Assembly: GCA_047495785.1 (NCBI GenBank)
Contig: JBLDXI010000009.1
Location: 3,224,001 to 3,288,000, forward strand
Length of the DNA stretch: 64,000 nt
Source of the DNA: Lepidodermella squamata
Taxonomy: Eukaryota > Animalia > Gastrotricha
Reading direction: 5' to 3'
The notes under the pieces were generated by a model. The model was not told the origin of the DNA. It saw only the letters and a list, made by a program, of their open reading frames with translations, and did not search any database. Shown here one piece after another: positions 27,475-40,145 of this stretch (within the stretch, counting starts at the first letter, position 1; each line of letters begins with the position of its first letter). Both the position numbers and the translations under genes were made by a program.

Positions 27475-28827
27475 ACTCCGAGTTAAAAAAATAAATATCG
27501 CAGGGGAATACAAAACACTTTTTTATCCCGCTTTTATCACTCTTTCATTGCCGCTTTATCGTATTACAGATATCTAGAACACATGGACGCTGAAACCATG
27601 ATACTCTTGTGATTTCGACAAATTTTAGGAAACTAGGTTACAAAATGTTCGCTATACCGGCTCATTTGATTGTATATATCAGATTAGTTTTCTGCGGAAA
27701 TATATTATATCGGATTTCATCTCATAACTACCGAGGGTTTTTTTTGCAATAGTACTTATTCAAGTATTTTGCTTTATTAGATTTCTCCAATTTCGCGCGT
27801 CTGAGAACGTGGCGACAATCTTGAAATAATGCAAGCAATTTTTAGCGAGTTTGCAGTGATAAGAAGATCTGGAAGTTCCATTCTGGTCTTAAGAAAATTG
27901 AAAGATGTGAAACGGACACGACCCAGGTAATCCAAGCATGTTCTCGAAAGAGTGGGAATAATAGTTCGCTTTAATAGGCCTCGGGGAATATTTTATATTT
28001 AGTCATAAACAAGTCAGGCAAAGCCACTGAGGACTATTCATCGTAATCATTTTCGCGGGTATGTCTGGGCGTAGCAGCCACATTAATATTATACATTAAT
28101 TGACGCGCTGTCAAAACTTATGCATTGAAAACACATTCAATTTACGGCAAAGAAATCAAAAGCGGTCGAGAACCATATACAGTAATTGAAAAACTTCACA
28201 GTTGTACTGCGAGCAAAGGGAAGCGGATTTATAATCGATTATCACGAGGATAATAACACTTATTGGAAACATAGGGATTTAATAATTTAAATCTTCTCGC
28301 ACCACCTGCATGATGCTTTTATTTTTAAAGAAACTTGTGCGTGCGACACCCTTTCGGGCTCAGATTTTAGGCTCTTTATTTACCCTTAAGCAAATTATTA
28401 TGCAGCTTGATATAGACCATTCACGCGTTTTAGTCGAATTAAATTGTCAATTTAGACTGCAGACAAAGGAAACTCATAACAATTTGACAGAGAGTATTTA
28501 TTTCCTCCGGTGAAGAAAGCGACACTCAGTTTATAGTCCTTGGGGATTGCGCAGAGAGGTTCACATTATTTGCATCAAACTTCCTTTAATCGCCTGATAG
28601 CACACACTATCGATTTTCTCGTCGGCGAAGAAATTTCAGCTCTTCTTACGCTTTTCTTACAAAAAAAAGTAATGATACCGTTGCACCATAATCTTATATA
28701 TTGTACTGTATGACTATTTTATCATTGTCAGTCTAGTTTTTTATTTCGCAGTTATGTGCCATCAAAACAATTTTTTGCATCACGCTTCCTATGACATGAT
28801 AAAGTTATTGGAAGTTTTTAGCTACTA

Positions 28828-30412
28828 ATGGATGTCACAAGCGTACTATTCACTTGTTTTGACTCGGTTGTATGCTCACTGGCTATTTTAGCCAATGGCA
28901 TAGTTCTGTCGGCAGTGGTTCGCTCGAGAATTACCTTATCCGGCTACCGGCACTTTTTAATCAATTTAACCAGCGGCGACTTGTTCATCTCCCTCGTCAA
29001 CCTGCTGTCAATCGTGTTTATTGTCGTCAACCAGACATCGGGAGATTACTGCCCTCAGTCAGCCATAGTCAAAATTCTGGTGCAATGCGGTGATAATTTT
29101 CTACGCCTCCTTAAACTCGCTGGATTTTTCGTCAACCTCTTCAACCTGTGCGGAATGAGCATAGACCACTTCATTGGAGTCGTAAGCTTAAATTTTTATT
29201 TATTTTCTGACCCTAATAATGATTTTCTAACATACAGGTTCACCCGCTTAGATACCACGCTGTAAGTTTTTTGTTTGTAATATTTTCATTTTAAAAGGAA
29301 TTTTCACATCAGTTCATGAGCTCCAAAGTCGCCCGGTGCGCCGTTCTTTCAATATGGCTCATTTCACTTCTCATCGGTTAGTTTTTTCTTGAGATTGCTG
29401 ATTTTATTTTAATTGCGGTTTTATCAGCTTTTCTTGACATTCCTATCAATATCGCTTTGCATCAGTCAAAAGCTACGAACCACAGTCACCTCGTTGCGAA
29501 AAGCCCTCTTCTTGATTCTAGTTCCACGTCGTACCAAAATGAGTCTTCGACCTGGGGTGATGCTGACCCGGAGGACTCTGAAACTTTGCAAAATATCATG
29601 AGCGAACTTTCACCGGAACAAGCTGCTTATCTGGAGAAACTTTTCTCGCAAAAGAATAGCACCACCGATGAGTTTGAAGAGAATGTTACCCCTGCAAACT
29701 TAACGGCATCAACGCGATCTGTATGGAAGGTACCAGACGATCCTGCCTTCGACTGTAAAGCTTGCCCGGTGTTTAACAAAGAAACTATGTGGCTCGAGCT
29801 AGCTGTGATAGGCCTGTCTATCGCGAGTTTTCTGTTCCTCACGATTTGCTACATTGCGATCTTTCAACAAATCATGTCAACGCAGTATTCTCAGAGTGCT
29901 AAAACCTTCATCCGAGCAACACTCATTTCATTGGGGGCGTTTGCGTTTTGGTGAGAATTGCTGAATTTTAATTGTTAAAATCTACTACTCTCATCTTTCA
30001 GCTGGTTGCCATTCATGATTAATGAGTTTACGATGCTTTTCGTTTATCGTGGGCAGCGATCGTATTCTACGAATGTTGAAACGTTAGTCCTCATTGGCCA
30101 GCTGCTCAATTCTCTTTTAACCTTGTATCCGTTGATAGGTGAGTTTTCTTTTAGTTCTATCCGTTGTGTCCAATCTTGATTTTTCAATTTTTTTTAGATC
30201 CTGTTATTTACGCGACGCGCATCCCTGGTGTAAAACGGAGGCTACAAGTCATGTTTCTGAAAATGTCATTTGGCCGAGTTTCTCTAACATCAGGGCTTCC
30301 GCTCGATAATAGGAAGTCGTTTGTTACTCAAACAGATGGACCACCCAGGCCATCACCCTATCTCAACAAAGAGGCGGAAGCCGATCAGCCGTGTCTAGAT
30401 GAAAAAGTGTGA
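28828..30412 (+). CDS. Class A orphan GPCR, member 10
   Basis: 'NLCGMSIDHFIGV', micro-exon VHPLRYHA, 'TMWLE', CWLPF, DPVIY. Closest to member 9. Confidence 0.9.
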
Positions 30413-30878
30413 CTAATTATTGCATAAGTACAACTAAGAGGATTATCGTGTTAAATTTGTACCTCGGTGATTATTGAGACAAAATAAAGTGATATTATAT
30501 GTTCCAAGTGCACTGTATTTTGACCAAAGACTATTCATCTCTCGATTTTCACCGTTAGTGATCTGTAATACCTGGGCATTGATGCAACAAATTACGATCT
30601 GAAGATAGGCATGGTTGCTGCGGCTACTAAAAGCGGAAAAGAAAAAAGACATCCCGATGGACTGAAAGAGCAATAATGTTTTCCATTATTTATGCTAACA
30701 GCCTCATAACGAGGCGATTCGCATTTTAACAAGTTTCGTTTAGTGTTCCCTGAGGCCTTCATATAGTGTCTATTATTTGGTGCAAGAATCACTTATCTTC
30801 AAAAGATATCCAGCATGAACGCACTTTCTCAAAAGAAACAGACGACATCATCCGTGTTCCAACAAGAAATAACGGAAA

Positions 30879-32725
30879 ATGTATAAAAGCTCGCCTGAGA
30901 CTACCGGGTTTTTCACTTACTTCGACTCGGTTATAGTATGCCTGGCCATCATCGCGAACTGCGTGGTTCTAGGCGCAGTTGCTCGTTCCGACATGGCATT
31001 GGTCGGCTACCGGCGGTTTCTTATGAGCCTAGCTGTTGGGGATCTCTTCATCTCCGTGCTGAACATTCTTTCCCATGTCTACAGCATTGTCGTTACGCCG
31101 AATTTGAATACAGCCGAGGACAGCTTCATATCAGGTGTCGCAACCAACTGCGGTGCGAATCTGCTCAGAACGTTGAAACTCGCCGGATTTTGCATCAATT
31201 TATTCAACCTATGTGGAATGAGTGTTGATCACTATATCGGAATAGTAAGTATCAATTGAACCCCGATATCCTGTAAATATCATCGCTCCACAGATTACAC
31301 CCTTGAATTACCGATCTTTCATGAACAAAACGGCGGTCCGTATGGCAATAGCTTGCATTTGGATTTTCTCCTTCGCCCTAGGTATGTCCTATTTTCTAAC
31401 TTGGAGAAAAACTATTTTTCCTTTGTCCAAGCCTTTGCCGACATCCCTGTGAGTATGGTTCTATCAAGAGGAGAAGAAGCGTCCAGGAAAATGATTTTCT
31501 TCTCCGGGCAAGCAACTGTTGGCCCAGTTGAGTTCGAAAAAAGCGGAATGCAGACAGTCGATCTGCGAGGCATTCTTCAAGACCTTGATACTAAAGACTC
31601 CGCTATGCTCATCGGCACCATTTTCGACCGGCCTAACCTAGCTCAAATAGGCATAAACGAGTCTACTCTATCACGGGTGGATTCGCTCAATCGGTTGCTG
31701 ACAAAATTACGGATTGACGAAGAGGCCCAGAAGAAGCATCGAAATGCCTGCTCTTACCTTAATTCCGAAAAAATGTGGCTGGAATTCATTGTAATCGGCC
31801 TAGCTGCAATTAGTTTTGTGTTTCTCTTCAGTTGTTATTTTGCGATATTTCATAAAATAGCCCGAAGTCAAGCACGTAGGATTAGCCTGGTTCAGCAACC
31901 GATCACGAACCACACTGCAAAGTTCATTTTCACAACTGTCATTTTCCTTACCGCATTCGCTATTTGGTAAATTGATCTTTTGTAGGCATATTAAGCCTTA
32001 ATTTCTCTTTGTTTATTCATAGCTGGTTACCGTATATTTTGAGTGAGACGGCTATATTGCTGCTTTACCGTGGCCGTTACAGTCTACGAAACAAAAAGCC
32101 ACCCGACACAGCCCCAGCTCCTTTCAGCTCATTCCTTCTCATCGGGCAAATATCGAACTCAATGCTAATGTTCTACCCGCTTTTAGGTAATTTACCGTCT
32201 GAAAATGTGAATTCGATTAATTTCAGTTGGCCGCGTTTGCACTCATTGCGACGCTGTGATTATCTGTAGATCCTATAATCTATGCAATACGTGTCCCAGC
32301 GGTAAAAAGGTTAAAATCACAGACTTTGATAATGAGTCCCAAATTTAGTTCTTAATGTCCTAAACTATAGGTCATTGGCAAAGCAGCTATTAGGGCGGAA
32401 AGCGTCAAAGCGAATTATTCGCAGTCGCCTGGTCGCTGCTTCTAGCCCGGCACCTACTGATCGCATCAAAAAAGCAATCGAGCCTCCCCCTGCTTCAAGA
32501 AATCTGACCGGAAATCGCGGTGAGCGGCAATTAGTTAAAATCGACGAATGGCGACAGCAAAACGGCATCCTTACTGACCCGCCGCCTCCAGTCCCTCGAG
32601 AACCATGCACGCAAAACAACTCATCCTTCACGAACGCAGCATGTAGCGAGGGACAAAAAGCTGACAGCCCGGAGAGAAATAATCGCGTTTACATCATTTA
32701 CACCGATCAAGAAGCCTTTTTGTAG
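30879..32725 (+). CDS. Class A orphan GPCR, member 11
   Basis: 'NLCGMSVDHYIGI', 'EKMWLE', CWLPY, DPIIY, Pro-rich C-tail. Confidence 0.9.
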
Positions 32726-33022
32726 GTCCCAAACAAGTTTGAAAATAAAACATGTTTTTCATCTCCGGTTCGTTTAATTCCAGACTAATTATTTTATATT
32801 TGTAAAACATTTATAATTCGGTAATGCCGCCTGCGGATTTTTTCTGGCTATTCTTGCGAATGAAATGCTGATCAAGCGTAGAGATCGTCCCGCTATTTTA
32901 TATATACTGTATTGCGGAAACCAGATTTTTATTAAAAATTCCAGCAGTTCGGTTACTTCTGAGATTGATTTTGCCTAGGCTTTTTGTCGCTTCCCTAGTA
33001 AATCCAATACATTTCACAAACA

Positions 33023-33377
33023 ATGAAATTCGAAATTCTGGCGGTGCTGTGCTTTACTGTGTTGATGGCGATGGAATGTTCGGCGGATCAGTCTGGGGAG
33101 CCATCCTCTGAAGACGACTCCTTATCCGACTCACTAAGTTGCTATAGGAAATTAGGCTCAACTATTCCTTTATTTTCATTGTTTTTCAGGGGATAGCATT
33201 GACAAGCTGCTTCAAAATGGAGGCGATGCTAATCCTACGTTGATGAAAGCTCTGCTCATCGCCCAAGATCGTAAACGCAAATCCAGGATGGAGGCCTGTT
33301 ACAAGAAGTATGGCGGCGACAAGGCCAAATCAGTCCACGTCATCTCTATCATCTGCAAATCAAAAGCCGGCTATTAA
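33023..33377 (+). CDS. Small secreted protein, divergent A-like (100 aa; exons 33023-33137, 33190-33377); absent from the ORF track
   Basis: MKFEILAVLCFTVLMAMECSA signal, acidic spacer DQSGEPSSEDDSLSDSL, 52-nt phase-1 intron, then RDSIDKLLQNGGDANPTLMKALLIAQDRKRKSRMEACYKKYGGDKAKSVHVISIICKSKAGY*. AATAAA near 33459. Confidence 0.8.
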
Positions 33378-33770
33378 TCAAATCATTTTAAATTTAAGCT
33401 AATAGACATCAATTTCGATCTCAGAATTTCGCTGTTTTAATGTTGTTTTCTATGGAAAAATAAATTCGCTGTATGGAGAAATTCTCGTCTATGTAGTTAA
33501 AATCAGAATTTGACTCGGAATTCTTTTTAAAGATTATTCTGACATTAGTTCAATTATTTTAGAGACGTTTTTGCGCTTTTTCACGCCATGGAATTCATTT
33601 CCGGATAGGACGTCATCACATAGTTAGTTCTAGAGAATGTTTCACACATCGCCAAATCCCAATCGTCCGGCATAAGTTATTTTATACAGTAAGAAAAACA
33701 AATTAGTTTTCCGAGTTGCTTATGCCTGATAAAAGGAGGTAGTATCACACACGACCCCCGTGGATTCAAA

Positions 33771-35306
33771 ATGACTGTTGCTACTAAAGGCTTATTCCTT
33801 TACTTCGATGCTGTTGTTGTTTTACTTTCAATCACAGCCAATTGCTTCGTCTTGTTCGCTGTTTCTCGATCCAAACTATCCCTGCCTGGCTATAGACGAT
33901 TCCTAATCAGCCTTGCAGCCGGTGACCTAACTATCTCGAGTGTCAATGTTCTTTCGATTACCTACCAAGGTTTCTCAGATCGAATAAAAGAGACGTCAGT
34001 GAATGAGAATGTCTTCCTCTTGTACTGCGGCGCGAACATTCTGAGAACCCTTAAACTGGCCGCTTTCTGTCTGAATCTTCTCAATTTGTGTGGGATGAGC
34101 GTGGACCACTTGATTGGCGTGGTAAGATTCGCTTAATCTTAGGAGCTAAAATTGTATTTTACTTGTTTTAAGGTGTATCCGATGAAATATAAAGACGTAA
34201 GGCTGAGTGATTTAAGAAATAGTTAATCACGATTCAGTTTTCAGATCATGCATAAGAATGTCGCGCGGCTATCTGTGGCTTTCATATGGCTCTTGTCCTT
34301 TATTCTTGGTTTAAGGCTGATTGCTGATTTCATAAAAATACTTATTTTCTTTACCAGCTTTCCTAGACATTCTGATCAACATGGCCTTGCAAGAGAGCAA
34401 AACGGTAGCACCGTTCGATAAGCTTCCCCGAGAAAAACATTTAAACAACAAAAATGACACTCAAAAACTGAAACACTGGCTTCAGAGCAACCCCGATTTA
34501 GAGCTCAGCGTTGTTTTTGAGGATCTCGACCCTCAACAATCAGCCGCGTTATATGAAGCAATGTTCAGCGAAATTGATGAACAAGAACGGCCTCCTGGGA
34601 AGGCAATCGGCAACGATGAGACACAAGCCTCGCTAGACAGAATGTTGCAAGTCCTACAAGAAGAAGATCGACAGCAAGAAACATGTTCGATCTTAACGCC
34701 TGGAAAAATGTGGCTGGAATTCGCAGTCATTGGTCTCGCAGTTATTAGCTTCTTCTTCCTCACTGTGTGCTACGGTGTCTTATTTCGCAAGGTTTCTAAT
34801 CGTTTTAAATGCGATGGCATCAACGAGTCTCGTCGCAATGGGAATCGGAAAACCCGAAAGTTGATATTCACCACTGTTATTTTTCTCAGCGCATTCGCTA
34901 TCTGGTATAACTCAATTCGGTTGAAATTTTTAAATGTTGGGTTTTAAACTTTTCATTTGCCAGCTGGCTACCTTTTGTGATCAATGAATTTGCAATGCTA
35001 CTGATCTTCCGCAATCGAAGTCCAGAGGAAACTAAACCCCATCTGGACGCTTTGCTCCTGTTCGGTCAAATTTTATCGTCAGTACTAATGTTCTATCCGC
35101 TCATAGGTAAATACCTTTGGACAATTTTAATAAAAATTGATAATTACATTAAATAAATGGTTAGATCCTATCATCTATGCTGTCAGAATCCCGTCAGTGA
35201 GAAGGTTTTGGCTTAAAAATCTGACTATGAAACTGCGCTGCTAAAATTAACACGATTTTAACTTTCAGGATTTTGCGCAGAAATGTTGCTGGCCTGGCGT
35301 CTTAAC
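33771..35306 (+). CDS. Class A orphan GPCR, member 12 (3' end ambiguous: stop at 35244 unspliced or about 35306 spliced)
   Basis: 'NLCGMSVDHLIGV', micro-exon VYPMKYKD, 'GKMWLE', CWLPF, DPIIY. Confidence 0.85.
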
Positions 35307-35852
35307 CGGCGAAAGAGCTTTCGGTGATCCATCAACACTGCTGGTGGCATCGCAAACAACTGGCAGGTGGTTCTTATCCCAATTCCCAATTCCTAAGTAC
35401 AACAAAGTGGTAAGCAGTCAAGTAAGTAGTTCAAGGACTATTGATTTTTCGTACCTAAGATCCATCGAAAAAGGAACATTCATTAATTTGGTTAATTTAT
35501 TTTTCAACCGCGATATTCATGATGATTGACATGACTTGAACCTCAGCGCTGATTTGATCTATCCAGACAGTGTATCAGATTTTGCGATTTATCTAGACCT
35601 AGATGGTTTCAATTTTATGTAGAGCGTTCTTTCATAAATAGCCATGATCTGACATTATGAAAATGTGCGGGGGTCGTGAAATTAGTGTCTTTTCATTTAC
35701 GCCCAATGAGCATGGGAGCGCAGCTTTGACATTCCGTTTACATTCGCATTGTCCTCGTCAATTATGATCAAAACACTATGACTAGAGCGGAAATACAGTT
35801 AGAGAAAATTCATTGTGTTTATGAGTTGAATCTTCCCTTTTGCATTAAGATT

Positions 35853-37555
35853 ATGGATGCAGATGCTTTCCTCATTAATTTCGATGTAATCATTATCATG
35901 CTGGCAATCTTTGCAAATTTCATTGCGCTATTCGCAATTTTAAAATGCAAACTCCCCCAAGCTGGCTATCGGCGCTTCCTCATCAGTCTAACCATTGGCG
36001 ATCTTTACATGTGCGTCGTCAACTCGCTGAGCCTCACTTACCACTGGTACTCGATTTCAATCGAAAAAGAAGACAGCTTCGTCAGTCAATTGGACCTCAA
36101 ATGGGGAGATCTAGAATGCATTCTCAAATGCATGGCTACAGTACTGCGCGATCTCAAAGTTGCAGCCTTCTATGTGAACCTTTTGAACATCTGCGGAATG
36201 AGCTTTGACCATGTCATAGGAATTATCATGCCTCTGAAGTACAAATACGTAAGTTGCTTCAAGAGCTATCACAAAACCTTCAGTCCATGTGCCGCCCTTT
36301 CAGTATATGTCTTCAAAGAAAATGAAAATGTTGGTGCCCTGCATATGGTTAACCTCATTCATCATAGGTAAAACTCGCTTATACTTGCCATCGTTGTTTT
36401 AACTTGCGAATATTAAGCTCTTTCTGATATTGCAATACATCTTGTGACAACTGCTGACTTTTCGTCCTGGGTTTTCCCTCCGCAAAGCTCACATGAAAAT
36501 TACAATCAAGCGCCAAGGTGAAATTTGCTTTGCAAATATTTGGTAAATCAAGGATTGTTTTTACAGCGATGAGCTGAAATTGGGTACAAATGATACTCTC
36601 AGTGAGGTTATTTCCATTTTGCAAGCCGACGAAGAGCTGACTGAAGTTCACGATTGCCCTCTGAGCACATCTACGAACAAAATCTGGTTCGAGGTCTGCG
36701 TCATAGGCCTAGCCGTGTCCTGTTTCCTTTTTCTGATAGTCTGCTACTTCATTATTTTCAAAAAGGTTTCCTTTCAACCATTATCTACAGATTAAGGGCA
36801 AGTTCTATGACTTTCAGGTATCGATGAGAATGAGTAGTAGCCTGCCACATCGACACAATCGGAAACTTATTGCGACAACGTTCATGTTTATTGGAGCCTT
36901 CATGCTCTGGTGAGTTTTCGAACCCAAGAACCTAATTGAGCTTTAGTTTTGGTTTCCATATCCTACAGTTGGTTCCCTTTTATTTCATACGAGCTTATCA
37001 CCTTGTTAAGCTATCAGCACACTTTACTGGACTCGGATGGTAATGAAGCCGAGCAGAAGCGAAAAATAATGAGGTTACTCACTTGCATCGTGATTCATCT
37101 GCTTATCGTTTACATTTAATCAAAGTTTCATTTTCATCGGAACAATTCTCAACTCTCAATTAATGTTCCAACCTTTGATGGGTAACATTAACCTGGATAT
37201 TACGTTCATTCTGGCCTACAAACTGACTAATTTTCAGATCCTATCATCTATGCGGCGAGAATCCCCACAATCAGAAGGTAAAATATTTTTCATCGCATGG
37301 AATGATTCATCACTAGATTTTTTAAGACGGATTATCAGCATGTTTTTGACTTGTGGCTGGCGTTCAAAATGTTCGAGATTAGGCCGCCAGAGCTTGATAC
37401 CTAGTCCGAACCATCCTCAGGTTCAGCCGCCTCAAAACAGCCCACCTATCGGTCAAGCAGAACAGCCTAATAAAGGAACTGACCCGTCAAGTGTTGCTGA
37501 GCTATGCGAAAATATTTCCCCCGCAGGATTTCATCACGACGCGTCAATCGCGTGA
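35853..37555 (+). CDS. Class A orphan GPCR, member 13
   Basis: MDADAFLINFD; 'NICGMSFDHVIGIIMPLKY', 'NKIWFE', CWFPF, DPIIY. Confidence 0.9.
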
Positions 37556-37802
37556 TACAAAAGCTGTTTACAATTGTCACAGAATTGACCGCGTAAACGA
37601 CCAAATTATATCGATAAACAGAAGCCTGAAAAACAAACGCACCGCCGCCCCTGCTAGTGGCTTCAGGCTTGAATGAACTCGGTGATTACAAATGCCCTGC
37701 AAATGCGTAAATGCACTATTTTTAATAAAAACTAACAACATGATGCCCATTAGGTCATCTCCATTTTTCTTTTCTCTGTTTATCGGAAAATAACGTGTCC
37801 AA

Positions 37803-39559
37803 ATGAATACTAAAGGAATGTTCGTTTACTTTGACTGCACCATCGCTTCCGCAGCAATTATTGCGAACTGCTTCATACTGTCTGCCGTAGCTCGAGCTAG
37901 GCTGATGCAGAAGAACTACCGGTTATATTTGATCAATCTAGCCGCTTGCGACTTGTTCAGCTCTGTGAGCACCCTTCTAGCTGCATTTTGCTTCCTGTTT
38001 TTCGAAGATCTTCTGACAATGAAAAATCAAATCTTCGGCTGTGCCGCGAATGTTGTTCGAAATTTGCAATTGATTGGGTTCTTCACAAATCTTCTCACTC
38101 TTACTGGTAAAGCATTACTGTCTTTCTATTGAATTTTTACAAAAATCTTTATCAGGAATGTCTGTGGATCTTTACTTGAGCGTGGTAGGTTTCATTGCTA
38201 ACACCAAATTTCTGAGCTCATTTTTGTTATTTTAGGCGCATCCAATAACTCATAGAAATGTTAGTTTCTTATTCTGGTTAATTTCCGATTTTAATGTAAA
38301 ATAGTAACAGAGTGTTACTAAGACGAAAACTGGTATCGCATTAGTTGTTATTTGGCTAGTATCTGCAGCGATAGGTAAATTTAAAAATAACGAGAAGCTT
38401 TTCAAACTTATTTCATAAGCAGCTTCGGCCGAGTTCTTCGCTAATATTCTGGTATCCAGTGAGCCCAGCCAGATAGGAAGCACTGATAGTAACTTTTATT
38501 CACCTAAGTAAAGTTTTGTTGCAAGTTGTACTTCAGCAAACAGAACCATGAAAACTTGCGATCTTTCGAAGATTAATTCGGCGGAATTTTCTCATGTCCT
38601 GTCAAGTGGCTGTCAGCTGACCAACGGCGACTACGAATCATCAAGCGAGGACTATTCAAGCGGCCAGTTTCATCAAACAGCAGAAGAACTGAATGCTTCT
38701 GATGACTCGTCTATCACCCATCGCGATAGCGAGGAGATGAAGCAAGTATTGCAGAGAATTTTCACCGCAGTGCGGCAAGAACAGCGCGGTGGAATCATCG
38801 AGTCTAGCATTTGCTCGGATGCGCCACATGGTGAAGTTTGGCTCGAGTTACTAGTCATCAGCTCGGTCATAGTTTCCTTCATATTCCACATTGTTTGCTT
38901 CGTTATGGTCTGCAAAAAGGTTAGAATTATTAATCAGCAAAACTCGGCACTAAACCCTAGAATTTTTCCAAATTACAGGCATCTAAAAAGTTTGACTCGA
39001 AAGGCCGCCATGCTAAGAAATTGATGGTTACCGTCTTCATATTTTTGAGTGTCTTCGCAATATGGTCAGCTTGTTTTTTTAAGTTTTCCGATGATTTTTT
39101 ACATTTTTTGTGAAGCTGGCTGCCAAGAATGACATTTGAATTCGTCATGTTTCTCAAGTTCAGTTATCACAACGACGCTGAGGATGTCCTGGATGATGCA
39201 GATCGATATGCAGCTCTTAGCAACTTTAGATAGTAAGAACTCATTTTATTCAGAAAGTTGTAATTCTGACCTTGACCCTACCTAGTTTCTTCCTGATTGA
39301 AAATTTGTTCACCTCAATTCACATACTCTACTTGATAGCCGATCCGATCATCTACGCAGCAAGAGTGCCCTCAGTCCGAGTGTTCCTTCTCAAGAACTTG
39401 ACTATTTGCTTTCCTCGATGGAAAAAGAGACAACTCTTCGAGAGGCGTGGTGCTTTAATCGAGCGGAAAAGACTTTCGACGCATCCGCGTGCTTGCGAAA
39501 CTAGCCGCCAGTCTGGGACAAGTCGTGCTAGCGATATGAGGCGTGGTTCTTGTGGCTAA
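37803..39559 (+). CDS. Class A orphan GPCR, member 14 (most divergent; DLY, CWLPR)
   Basis: Spliced 'TLTGMSVDLYLSV', micro-exon AHPITHRN, 'EVWLE', WLPR, ADPIIY. Confidence 0.85.
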
Positions 39560-40145
39560 AAGGAAACCATTTTGTTACTTGAGCACATTTCGTTTGAATA
39601 AAGCAAAGTTTTCCTAATCTCCTGAGAAAAGTCTCGTGGTGACTCATGTGTCTTGAGCGTGATACGCCGAAAAATGGGGTATCGTAATTAGATTAAAATC
39701 CAAATAGCTCGTCTCTGTTTTGTCATCCAAAAGCGCTGGGTCTAAGGGCCGTTTCATTATTAGAAATACGCAGTGATTTGATTTCTCTGGGTTGTTTTTT
39801 CTTGTTCTAGAGGCAGACAATGAGGCAAAATATATTATGTACAGCGGATTTATTAGCGCTGTAATTATAGCGGCGCCATCATCGATGTTGAAAAATCACG
39901 CTTGAATTGCTACTTATATGATCGACTGCGGCTGGGTACGTCGAGAACCGGGGTGAAATATATATACAGAAATAGGGGAAATAAGATCAATTAATCTCGG
40001 TGATCTCGACACGTCGGTCCGAAATGGCGCTTAGCCGGAAGAGGTAGGCGATGATGGCATATGACAAATCATTTTCCGCACCTGCGCTGTCATTTCCTAA
40101 GCTAATGATGAATTTTATCATTGCAGTGTTAACGCAGTGGCAGGC

